64,000 nucleotides of DNA from Bacteroidia bacterium (lineage in GTDB: Bacteria; Bacteroidota; Bacteroidia; AKYH767-A; OLB10). The notes below the pieces were generated by a model. That model had not been told where the DNA came from. It was given only the letters and a program-made list of their open reading frames with translations, and did not search any database. Position numbers and translations under genes: made by a program. Each line of letters starts with the position of its first letter. Position 1 is the first letter of the stretch. Below, piece after piece: positions 9,712-18,804 of the stretch. The stretch lies in NCBI GenBank assembly GCA_038320345.1, contig JBBQED010000001.1, positions 194,357 to 258,356 on the forward strand, given 5' to 3'.

Positions 9712-10278
9712 TTACTCTATTTGAATATCGTATTTTGTAAGAAGTCCTGATATTCCATTCCTAGAAAATTTTGCCTTTCTGATACGATTAGTTTCAGGGT
9801 CGATGGAAAAATTATAGGAAGAAATAAAATCCACCTTTTCAAGAATTGTATTTTCAAATACCGCTCCTGCTAAATCACAGTTATCAAATATGGCTTCTGA
9901 TAAATCACATCGGGAAAAATCAACTTCGTGTAACCTGCAATTTTTAAAATGAGTCCTCTTTATTTTCGCTTGATGAAATGAAGCATGATCCAATAAACAA
10001 TTTTCAAAAGTTAAAGAATACGCAAACTCTCCTGGATTTTCAAACTTTGCTCCAAGCAATTTGCAACCCTTGAAATTTACGCCTCTTAAAATTGTTTTGC
10101 CCAAGTTCAACAAGCTAAGGTTTGCGTCGAAGAAATCACAATCTATAAATTTTACATCTTGCAGTTGTGCTCCGTTAAAATTACATTCCTTAAAAACACA
10201 GAGCTCGTATTCTGTCAAATTTAGTGGTGTGGCTGAAAAATTAGTTTTCTGATAGGTTTCCTCCAAAAAAGTTTTCAT
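9712..10278 (-). CDS. pentapeptide repeat protein
   Basis: A continuous five-residue periodicity is visible, for example 'CDFFDANLSLLNLGKTILRGVNFKGCKLLGAKF' and 'CRLHEVDFSRCDLSEAIFDNCDLAGAVFENT'. Confidence 0.85.
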   Translation of the reverse strand: MKTFLEETYQKTNFSATPLNLTEYELCVFKECNFNGAQLQDVKFIDCDFFDANLSLLNLGKTILRGVNFKGCKLLGAKFENPGEFAYSLTFENCLLDHASFHQAKIKRTHFKNCRLHEVDFSRCDLSEAIFDNCDLAGAVFENTILEKVDFISSYNFSIDPETNRIRKAKFSRNGISGLLTKYDIQIE

Positions 10279-10340
10279 CTCTCTTAAAAATAAAATAATG
10301 CTTTTATCTTTTATAACAATGGCAAATAACTACAGTGAAT

Positions 10341-11219
10341 TTATTTTACAATGATATCAAAATGACAATTGCTGAAATCAGTTTCAGTAGTAATAGCTTC
10401 AAAATTATCAGCTCTTGTAAAATTCCGGTAACCATAGGAAAATAATAATTCTATCAAAGCCTTAGCGCTGGTATTATTCTCGCGAAGATTACTGTCGTCA
10501 AGCTCTATAAAAAGTATTGGCTTCGATGACAAAATATGTGCTCCTCCTTTTAAAACCGAATATTCATATCCTTCAACGTCTAGTTTTATAAAATCCACTT
10601 TCTCAACTTTTCGTTCTTCCATCACTTTATCCAACACCTCTACATGAATGGACTTGAAAGGTAAATCTTTATCTTTAGCAAGGATCCTGTTCATACCAGG
10701 GTTATGCTCATTTACTTCATATAATTTCAATGTTGCCTTACTTTCCCCTAATCCAAGATTAATAAATTCAATATTCTTAAATTGATTTCTACTTAGGTTT
10801 TCTTGCGCTCTCTTAAAAGTATCTGGATGTGGTTCAAATGCTAAAATTCGTGCTTTCGAATTAATGCTTGCAAAAAATAAAGCTGTGGATCCAATATTTG
10901 CTCCAATATCAAGAATAGTAGTTGCATTCTTAATTTCGCTCAGAATGCTTCCGTAAGGCTGATCAGTAATTCCATAATAAAGGCAATGATCAACCACATT
11001 GCTAATGTCGAGTTTAAAATGAATACCTCCTCGCGTTACTTCCCGAATACTATTCCGTGCATACAAATAATCTGGCGGAATCATTTTTTTTAGGAAGGAA
11101 GAAGAACTCTTTAGTACTGTTCCAACAAACATTTTTTCGAAAATGGGAATGGTAATCACTCTTCTGAAAAAATTGAAAGTCCTAGTTTTAGAACTCTGTT
11201 TAAAATTATAATTCGACAT
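10341..11219 (-). CDS. FkbM-family SAM-dependent methyltransferase
   Basis: The SAM-binding region is 'LDIGANIGSTALFFAS...ILAFEPHPDTFKRAQENL'. A later motif is 'IKLDVEGYEYSVLKG'. The track start at 11225 is TTG; the first ATG is 11219. Confidence 0.8.
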   Translation of the reverse strand: MSNYNFKQSSKTRTFNFFRRVITIPIFEKMFVGTVLKSSSSFLKKMIPPDYLYARNSIREVTRGGIHFKLDISNVVDHCLYYGITDQPYGSILSEIKNATTILDIGANIGSTALFFASINSKARILAFEPHPDTFKRAQENLSRNQFKNIEFINLGLGESKATLKLYEVNEHNPGMNRILAKDKDLPFKSIHVEVLDKVMEERKVEKVDFIKLDVEGYEYSVLKGGAHILSSKPILFIELDDSNLRENNTSAKALIELLFSYGYRNFTRADNFEAITTETDFSNCHFDIIVK

Positions 11220-11449
11220 ACTCAATTTCTATATCAATTCTTATTCAGTAATATCATTTTGCCTTTAGGAAATCCAGTTTCACAACTGCATACTAAAACT
11301 ATTGCAATTTACTCTGATATAAGGAGGCGAAAGTAACAAAGAAATAGGAAGAAAACGGGAATTGCGCTTAAGGGAGCTTCTTAAAAAGATAGATTTTTTG
11401 ATTATTCTGATAATATTTGCTACATTAGAGTTGCCTAAACCTGTTTACC

Positions 11450-13279
11450 ATGAAAAAAGTCCTTACCCTACTCTTGATTATTCCCTTCTTTTCGTTTACC
11501 AACGCATTTTCGCAAGCAAGTATTATTGCCTCTGGAATAGATGTTCATGGCACATCCCCACAGAATAAAAACAGCATTTGTGACCTAAATAATAATGGGA
11601 TTCAATGCGATCTTATAGCTCAGCCTACTACAGGAAATAATATTTATGATTGGAGTTATATTGCCGCAAACGGAACCGCGACTTCTCTAGGGACAACGGC
11701 TCCTTTTATTAATCCAATTTTCGGTTCTGGAGAATACAAGTGTAACATTATTGATGGGAATACCTTTTTAATATTGTTTACTGTGAGTTCGTGGGTTCTG
11801 ATGTCGGATAATGCGACCTATCCAGCGAATTCCTATAATAATATTTCAATGGCTAATGGTCCATGTGGCAGCAAAGTTTTAACTGCGTCAGGATTATGGA
11901 CTGGGTACCAATGGCAATTAAACGGGACTGATATTCCAGGTGCCAATTCACAATCTTTTACCGCTACTCAAAGTGGTTTATATAGATGTAAGCTTTTAAA
12001 TAATTGTGGGTTTGCTACTTCAACGGTTTTACAGATAAACGTAACTACGCCGTTCCCTAAACCTGTACTTATTGCTATTGGAGGAAATAATAATTGTAGT
12101 GGTAGCGGTATTGTAAGAATTCAAGCGCCTTATGTTGCGGGCACGCACTATAAATGGTTCGATGCGCCTTCTAATGTCTGGCTTACATCAGCTCCTGATA
12201 CCAATTTCTTAGATGTTTCCGGTCTTAACCGATCACTTTATGTAGTTCAATACAATACTTGTAAAAGTGATACTTCCGTTCAGATTACTGTATCGGCCTC
12301 AACAACTTTACCTATTGCCCCAACAATTTCTCCAGCTGGACCAATTAATATTTGTACCGGATCCGCCTCAACACTAACCGCCCCTTACGGTGTATATTAT
12401 TTTGCATGGTATAAAAATAATGTCATCATTTCTGGAGCAAATGGATATAATTATGTTGCCAATACTTCAGGAGTTTATAGTGCAATACTTACAGATGCTT
12501 GCGGAAACACTCGAACTACCCCATCGGTTACACTAACCGTCAGAAGTAACCCCTCTGCAATTCTAACAGCTCAAGGAAATACAACCTTCTGTAATGGTGG
12601 TAATGTTACGTTGCAAGCCAATACAGGCTCTGGATATTCCTATCAATGGAAAAAATATAGCTCCATAATTGCGGGGGCAACTGCTCCAACATATATTGCT
12701 AATTCAACGGGGAACTACAAGGTCATTGTAACTTCTCAATACGGTTGTTCCAAAAATTCAACTGGCGTTCCTGTAACTGTAAATCCCCGCCCTACTTCAA
12801 GCATTAATCCTCCAGGACCTTTAACAATGTGTGCAGGAGATAGTATTACATTGAATGCCAATACGGGAACTGGATTGCTATATCAGTGGCGTAAAAACGG
12901 TAGTGCATTAAGTGGTGCAACAGCATCTATTTATAAAGCAAAATCCCAAGGAACTTATACTTTACTGGTGACTAACGGCAATGGATGTACGCGAGTTTCA
13001 ACAGGTTGCAGCATAACCGTAAATTGCCGTGTAGGTGAACCTGATAATGAGGTTCTCATTCAACCGAATCCTTCAAGTAGTGATTTTAGCTTTAACTGGA
13101 CAGGGAATGAACCTGCGGAATTAACGATTTTTGATTTAACAGGAAAACAAATTGAATCTGCTATTATTGAATCCGGACAACAACTACAATATGGAAACCT
13201 ATGGCCTGCAGGAATGTATCTTGTTGTCATCCGCTCCTCACATGAAGTGCTAACGAATCGAATAATTAAAACAGAATAA
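11450..13279 (+). CDS. secreted Ig-like repeat protein with T9SS type A C-terminal sorting domain
   Basis: The signal peptide is 'MKKVLTLLLIIPFFSFTNAFSQ'. Modules of about 75 aa repeat 'C.G......A.TG.G..YQW.K......GAT...Y.A...G.Y.V.VT...GC'. The C-terminus is 'IQPNPSSSDFSF...LTIFDLTGKQI...GMYLVVI'. Confidence 0.8.
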   Translation: MKKVLTLLLIIPFFSFTNAFSQASIIASGIDVHGTSPQNKNSICDLNNNGIQCDLIAQPTTGNNIYDWSYIAANGTATSLGTTAPFINPIFGSGEYKCNIIDGNTFLILFTVSSWVLMSDNATYPANSYNNISMANGPCGSKVLTASGLWTGYQWQLNGTDIPGANSQSFTATQSGLYRCKLLNNCGFATSTVLQINVTTPFPKPVLIAIGGNNNCSGSGIVRIQAPYVAGTHYKWFDAPSNVWLTSAPDTNFLDVSGLNRSLYVVQYNTCKSDTSVQITVSASTTLPIAPTISPAGPINICTGSASTLTAPYGVYYFAWYKNNVIISGANGYNYVANTSGVYSAILTDACGNTRTTPSVTLTVRSNPSAILTAQGNTTFCNGGNVTLQANTGSGYSYQWKKYSSIIAGATAPTYIANSTGNYKVIVTSQYGCSKNSTGVPVTVNPRPTSSINPPGPLTMCAGDSITLNANTGTGLLYQWRKNGSALSGATASIYKAKSQGTYTLLVTNGNGCTRVSTGCSITVNCRVGEPDNEVLIQPNPSSSDFSFNWTGNEPAELTIFDLTGKQIESAIIESGQQLQYGNLWPAGMYLVVIRSSHEVLTNRIIKTE

Positions 13280-13665
13280 ATACAATAGTGTTTGAGATGA
13301 ATGACTTGCTATTGGACATTATTTTACTACCCATTTGATCATTGAATACACTGCTTATGATTACGAGTTTTCCAAAATCAACTTAATTATCTTCTCCTAC
13401 CTACTCTAATTTGAACAATAGAAGAAAAACACGCATTTTTAAAATAGATACTTGGATCTTTTTTCGAAGAGGTTGGTAATGCATTTTTTAAATATGGTTT
13501 TTAATCCCGTTTCATAAAGCTGATAGTAATTGAAAGTGACCCTTACCTTTTATTCACTACAAAATCAAACATTCAGTAGGAGTCAAATATAATTACTGAC
13601 GCACTTATTGAACTGCCTCCAAACCGCAAAAGTACATCGTACATGATTTTTTTTACTTTTGAAGA

Positions 13666-16578
13666 ATGAAAATTCGTCTTCTGTTCTCTTTGCTTTTTAT
13701 TACTTCCCTCTTAGCAGCTCAACAAAATTATGTTCGTTATGTAAATCCTTTTATTGGAACAGGAGGACATGGACATACATTTCCGGGGGCAACGGCTCCG
13801 TTTGGGATGATGCAATTAAGCCCAGATACAAGAATCGATGGAAGTTGGGATGGATGTAGTGGGTATCATGCAAGCGATTCCCTAATCTATGGATTTTCAC
13901 ATACACATCTAAGCGGGACAGGTTGTTCAGATTATGGAGATATTGCCCTTCTTCCCTTTATGGAATATCAAGAAGATAGTAGCGTGCTTGCAGGAATCTT
14001 TGATTATAAAAAATATGCTTCGGCTTATCAGCATAAAAATGAAAAAGCTAGTCCAGGATATTATTCAGTAGTTTTTGATAATGGAATCTCAACCGAATTA
14101 ACAACCACCACTCGAACTGGAATGCATCGGTATCGCTGGCCACAAGGGAGATCACACCGATTAGTCATCCAAGTAGATCATCGCGATAAAACACTAACCT
14201 CTACAATAAAAATTATCGATGCAAACACCATCGAGATTTCCAGAAGAAGCGAATCATGGGCCGCTGATCAATATATTTTCCTACAGCTAAAATTTTCTGC
14301 TCCCTTTACTAAAGAAATCTTAGCGAGAAAAGAAGCAAGTTCAAAAGGAGATAAAACCGGTTACCTTACTTTAAGTTTTAATGCATCCGATACTGTTCCC
14401 TTATTGGTAAAAGTAGGAATGTCGACTGTTAGCATAGAAGGTGCAATCAAAAATTTAGAAACAGAAAATCCAGGATGGAACTTTGATTTCGTCAGGTTGA
14501 AAACAGAAGCCGAATGGAATAAAGAGCTCCATAAAATTGAGGTTTCTTCCAAAAATGATTCTGTTTTAACAATATTCTATACTGCCTTATATCACACCAT
14601 GATTCAACCGAATGTGAATATGGATGTAGATCATCAGTATCGTGGAAGGGATAGTAAAATACATACCGCTCAGGATTTTACTTATTATTCTGTTTTCTCT
14701 TTATGGGATACTTTTCGCGCTGCTCATCCGCTTTATACCATTATCGACCGAGCTCGAACATTGGATTTCATCAAAACATTTCTGTCTCAATATAAAGATG
14801 GGGGAAGATTGCCAGTGTGGGAACTAGCATCAAACGAAACAGATTGTATGATTGGCTATCATTCAGTGAGTGTGATCACTGATGCTTGGATGAAAGGAAT
14901 TAAAAATTTTGATGCCGACGTTGCACTCGATGCGATGAAGAAAAGTGCCAATTGGAACCACCTTGGATTACCTGCTTATACAGCACAAGAATATTTAAGT
15001 GTGGATGATGAAAGTGAATCTGTTTCCAAAACGTTAGAATATGCTTACGATGATTGGTGCATTGCGCAGTTTGCAAAATCAATAAATAAGCCTAAAGATT
15101 ATTTAACATTTTCACGCAGAGCGGAGTCTTGGAAAAATCTCTTTGATCCTCAAACTGGATTTATTCGTCCACGCGAGAATGGAGGTTGGATGTACCCGTT
15201 CGATCCTCGTGAAGTAAGCAATAATTTCACGGAAGCTAATGCATGGCAATATACTTTTTTTGTACCTCAAGATTTAATTGGCTTGATGGTTCGTTCGGGA
15301 GGAACAGAAAAGTTTTCTTCTAAGCTAGACTTACTTTTTAATACAACTGCAAAAACTACAGGCCGAGATCAGGCAGATATCACAGGTTTAATTGGACAAT
15401 ATGCGCATGGCAATGAACCTAGCCATCACATGATATACTTATTTGATTATTGCAATAAGCCTTGGAAAACTCAAGAGCGCTTACATCAGATCTTGCGTGA
15501 TTTCTATACTGCAGCTCCTGATGGTTTAATTGGTAATGAAGATTGCGGACAGATGAGCGCTTGGTATGTGTTATCCGCATTGGGATTTTATCAGGTATGT
15601 CCCGGTAATCCTCAATTTGCAATTGGCGCACCTCTTTTTCCTAAAGCTGTAATTCATCTTGAAAACGGAAAGAATTTTCAAATCATTGCAAAAGGAATTT
15701 CTCCTGAAAATTATTATCTAAAAGGAAATAAAAACTACACACTTTCTTATGATGAAATTCAACAGGGTGGAAGCAGAATTTTTACAATGAGTCCCTTTCC
15801 AGATAGTTTAAGTACATCAGCTGCTACCTTCCCCGTTACAACTATGAATGGAGATTTATTGTCACTTCCTGTTATTAAAAGTTCGGCGAAGATTTTTAGA
15901 AATAAAATTCGTGTGGAGCTTCTTAATACAGTTCCGGGGGAACAGATGAAATTATTCTATACACTCAATGGAAAAGATCCTGATGAAAAGAGTGAATTGT
16001 ACGAAACACCCCTATTGGTAGATACTACACTAACTGTTAAAGTAATTGTGATCGATAAAAATGGGGGGAAAAGTGGAATCAGTAGCGGTACTTTTCATAA
16101 GATCCCTAATAACTGGTCGATATGGTTGTTCTCTAAATACAATAAGCAGTATCATGCAGGCGGAGAAGATGGATTAATAGATGGGATTCATGGAGATCTT
16201 GCATGGAAAAAAGGGAAATGGCAAGGGTACCAAAGTCAGGATTTTGAGTGTATGATAGATTTAAAAACCATCAAACCTTTTCATGAAATCACAACCACCT
16301 TTTTACAAGATACACGTTCGTGGATACTATTACCTAAGCTAGTAGAATATTCGATCTCCGATGATGGAATAAATTTTAGTCCTTGTGGTAGTGCGTATCC
16401 AGTATTGGTAGATTCTAATTACACAGTCAGCATTGAACATTTTACGGTCAAACCTAAAGACTTGAAAACAGGAAGATATCTAAAAGTTAAAGCATACAAT
16501 TATGGTAAACTTCCCGCATGGCATCAAGGTGCGGGAGACGATGCTTTTATTTTTATTGATGAGATAGAAATAAAATAA
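13666..16578 (+). CDS. glycoside hydrolase family 92 (alpha-mannosidase) with C-terminal chitobiase-like and discoidin-like domains
   Basis: A signal peptide is followed by 'NPFIGTGGHGHTFPGATAPFGMMQLSPDT', 'GFSHTHLSGTG' and 'YAHGNEPSHH'. The C-terminus includes 'LFYTLNGKDPDEKSELYETPL'. Confidence 0.9.
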   Translation: MKIRLLFSLLFITSLLAAQQNYVRYVNPFIGTGGHGHTFPGATAPFGMMQLSPDTRIDGSWDGCSGYHASDSLIYGFSHTHLSGTGCSDYGDIALLPFMEYQEDSSVLAGIFDYKKYASAYQHKNEKASPGYYSVVFDNGISTELTTTTRTGMHRYRWPQGRSHRLVIQVDHRDKTLTSTIKIIDANTIEISRRSESWAADQYIFLQLKFSAPFTKEILARKEASSKGDKTGYLTLSFNASDTVPLLVKVGMSTVSIEGAIKNLETENPGWNFDFVRLKTEAEWNKELHKIEVSSKNDSVLTIFYTALYHTMIQPNVNMDVDHQYRGRDSKIHTAQDFTYYSVFSLWDTFRAAHPLYTIIDRARTLDFIKTFLSQYKDGGRLPVWELASNETDCMIGYHSVSVITDAWMKGIKNFDADVALDAMKKSANWNHLGLPAYTAQEYLSVDDESESVSKTLEYAYDDWCIAQFAKSINKPKDYLTFSRRAESWKNLFDPQTGFIRPRENGGWMYPFDPREVSNNFTEANAWQYTFFVPQDLIGLMVRSGGTEKFSSKLDLLFNTTAKTTGRDQADITGLIGQYAHGNEPSHHMIYLFDYCNKPWKTQERLHQILRDFYTAAPDGLIGNEDCGQMSAWYVLSALGFYQVCPGNPQFAIGAPLFPKAVIHLENGKNFQIIAKGISPENYYLKGNKNYTLSYDEIQQGGSRIFTMSPFPDSLSTSAATFPVTTMNGDLLSLPVIKSSAKIFRNKIRVELLNTVPGEQMKLFYTLNGKDPDEKSELYETPLLVDTTLTVKVIVIDKNGGKSGISSGTFHKIPNNWSIWLFSKYNKQYHAGGEDGLIDGIHGDLAWKKGKWQGYQSQDFECMIDLKTIKPFHEITTTFLQDTRSWILLPKLVEYSISDDGINFSPCGSAYPVLVDSNYTVSIEHFTVKPKDLKTGRYLKVKAYNYGKLPAWHQGAGDDAFIFIDEIEIK

Positions 16579-16638
16579 GAAGGCAAAAATGATGAGAGCG
16601 TATATTTAAGATCAAATCGATCGTAATAAACTAAATTG

Positions 16639-17595
16639 CTATTTTATCTTCATTATAAAATTCACGATCTCTTGTACAAGTTCTGGTTTAACAGGTGCTA
16701 AAGGATCATTGTACATACTGAGGTTTTGTGTACGATCTGCAGAGGCCGCCTTCAGCACATGATTCATTCCTTCAATTTTCATATAGCTTGCTGCAGGATT
16801 CGCCGCAGCTAATAATTCAGCATCTTTAACACTTACCTGAATATCGGTAGTGCCTTGTAAAATTAAAACTGGAGTTTTCAACTTTTTGATTTCTGCTGCA
16901 GGATCATATTTAAACCACGATATCAAATAAGGTTGAATAGCAGGTCTGAATAATGTATTTAAGGAAGGATCAATTTTACTCATCATTCTACCTTGCACCA
17001 GACTATCCAACACCTGATTGCACATAGCAACAACATTCATCGGTTGACCTCTTAACTGCTGACGTAAAATCTGATCTGCAGGTTGACCAGCTCCTGCAAC
17101 TGAAATAAAACCAAGCGCCTCTGCGCGCTCTGCAGCAATCATTCCGATGAGCGATCCTTCACTATGTCCTAATACTATGACTTTAGAAAACCTATGATCT
17201 GATTTCAATAGTTTAATCCACTCCTCTGCATCTTGAATGTAATCATCAAAACGCAGATCCTTTTCATTTTCTCCCGCATCACGGCTTTCTGCAATTCCTC
17301 TTTTGTCAAACCTTAAACTAGCAATCTGATTTTGATAAAGTTCGGTTGCAAGAAGTTTCAATGAATTATTTTTCATGGATACATTATTCCCATCACGATC
17401 AGTAGGACCAGATCCTGCTATGAACAAAACTACTGGCATCGGTTTAGGTGATGCTGGTATCATTAAACTACCATGAATATTTCCGGATTTAGTAAATAAT
17501 ATAACCTCAGAACTTTTAGGTAGTGAATCGGTTTGTGCAATAAGTTGGGCAACGGAAAATATAAATAAGATAGCTGTTGTGAAGATTGTTTTCAT
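16639..17595 (-). CDS. secreted alpha/beta hydrolase
   Basis: The signal peptide is 'MKTIFTTAILFIFSVAQLIAQ'. 'LFIAGSGPTDRDGNN' and the nucleophile elbow 'GHSEGS' are present. Its ATG lies 1 nt after the upstream gene's stop. Confidence 0.8.
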   Translation of the reverse strand: MKTIFTTAILFIFSVAQLIAQTDSLPKSSEVILFTKSGNIHGSLMIPASPKPMPVVLFIAGSGPTDRDGNNVSMKNNSLKLLATELYQNQIASLRFDKRGIAESRDAGENEKDLRFDDYIQDAEEWIKLLKSDHRFSKVIVLGHSEGSLIGMIAAERAEALGFISVAGAGQPADQILRQQLRGQPMNVVAMCNQVLDSLVQGRMMSKIDPSLNTLFRPAIQPYLISWFKYDPAAEIKKLKTPVLILQGTTDIQVSVKDAELLAAANPAASYMKIEGMNHVLKAASADRTQNLSMYNDPLAPVKPELVQEIVNFIMKIK

Positions 17596-17596
17596 C

Positions 17597-18256
17597 TTAA
17601 ATTATTGTGTTTTTTTCGGCTTTGCGAAATAGTAAATAGGAATAACCAATGGGTAGAATTGCAAGGATGGCAACATAACAAAGAAAAAATACAATTATAT
17701 CTTTTCCGGTTATAAAAAAATTTAAGACTAACATCAGCAATGAAGTAACTACCCACAGTGGACCTGCAAAACGGTGTGTTTTTAACCATACTTCTTCGCT
17801 GGCTAGTGTCCATGGTGTTCTGATTCCAAAGAAATAATTTTGACGAACGGTAGTCATATAATTTCCTAACAATAAAAACAAAACCGGAACGCAGTAATAA
17901 AGGATCACAGACATATTTACAGGATATCCTAGCGAATACATCGCTATAAGAATGAAAATCAGCGTAAGAAATGCATGGATAAGTAACCTCACTTTCAAAT
18001 AGGTGCTTTGAAAAAGTAGATAATTTTTCTTGACAGGATCTATCCCAGGAAAAATAAGAAATGAAATATAAACGATAATACTTATCACCGGCAATAAAAA
18101 TAGACCGGTAACTTTATCTGAGTAGTTATCAGGTTTCCCTTCAAAATTAAAATGAACAGGTATCTCTTCTGGAAATCTACTCCAAAAAATGAATATGATA
18201 ACGAATGGTATAAGAAGCAGTGCCCAGATTAATCCATCTCTTTTTGCAATTTTCAT
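17597..18256 (-). CDS. SdpI-family membrane protein (DUF1648 + SdpI domains)
   Basis: 'FPEEIPVHFNFEGKPDNYSDK' is DUF1648-like, followed by six hydrophobic helices. The gene sits directly downstream of an SdpR-like repressor. Confidence 0.7.
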   Translation of the reverse strand: MKIAKRDGLIWALLLIPFVIIFIFWSRFPEEIPVHFNFEGKPDNYSDKVTGLFLLPVISIIVYISFLIFPGIDPVKKNYLLFQSTYLKVRLLIHAFLTLIFILIAMYSLGYPVNMSVILYYCVPVLFLLLGNYMTTVRQNYFFGIRTPWTLASEEVWLKTHRFAGPLWVVTSLLMLVLNFFITGKDIIVFFLCYVAILAILPIGYSYLLFRKAEKNTII

Positions 18257-18263
18257 CGGTACG

Positions 18264-18536
18264 TTATTTTTTAGTTTTTTTCTTCTCTGAAATGTTCATT
18301 ACCCAATTTAACATATCGTCAAACACGGTTGTATTTAAAGAATAAATAATATATTGTCCTTCTTTAATGGACACTACAATTTCAGCTTGCTTTAATAAAT
18401 CAAGATGATGAGAGATGCTCGGCTTACTAATTGAAAAATGATCTGCGATCTCACCTGCGGTCATGTCCCGCTGCCTCAGCAAATCGATAATCTGTCTTCG
18501 AGTTGGATCTCCCAATGCTTTAAAAAGTAAGTTCAT
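18264..18536 (-). CDS. ArsR/SdpR-family autorepressor-type transcription factor
   Basis: The sequence is 'MNLLFKALGDPTRRQIIDLLRQRDMTAGEIADHFSISKPSISHHLDLLKQAEIV'. The track start at 18587 is TTG. The ATG at 18536 gives a 90-aa protein typical of the family. Confidence 0.85.
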   Translation of the reverse strand: MNLLFKALGDPTRRQIIDLLRQRDMTAGEIADHFSISKPSISHHLDLLKQAEIVVSIKEGQYIIYSLNTTVFDDMLNWVMNISEKKKTKK

Positions 18537-18804
18537 CCTCTTATTTATATATTTAGACAAATATCTAAATACTTTTTTAAATTGCAAGGATTTAGCTGAA
18601 TTTCTTTAGTTGTTAGTTCGGTTATTGATTTCCACAGTTCTTTTATTGAAAGAGGAGTAAATTTGAGTTCTCGACTCATTTTCTAGAGCCACGGAGTCCT
18701 TTTTTAAGGGGTATTAATATTAGTTTCTGGCTGTATCGGGATTTTTTTTATCTTTATTTCTGGAATCTGTGTAATCCAATCTTCTTAACCTCTCTACCCA
18801 ACTC

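Noticed and set aside
9712-10278. The pentapeptide repeat protein could be called Qnr/MfpA.
   Set aside because: Only the generic five-residue periodicity is visible. The length (188 aa) and the sequence do not allow assignment to the quinolone-protection subgroup without a search.
13654-13661. Exact matches to the Bacteroidota -7 promoter motif TAnnTTTG occur at 13654-13661 (5 nt before the GH92 ATG), 3527-3534 and 18658-18665.
   Set aside because: In DNA this AT-rich I estimate the motif should occur some tens of times per strand by chance in 64 kb. None of the three has a well-spaced upstream TTG element. They are not reported as promoters.
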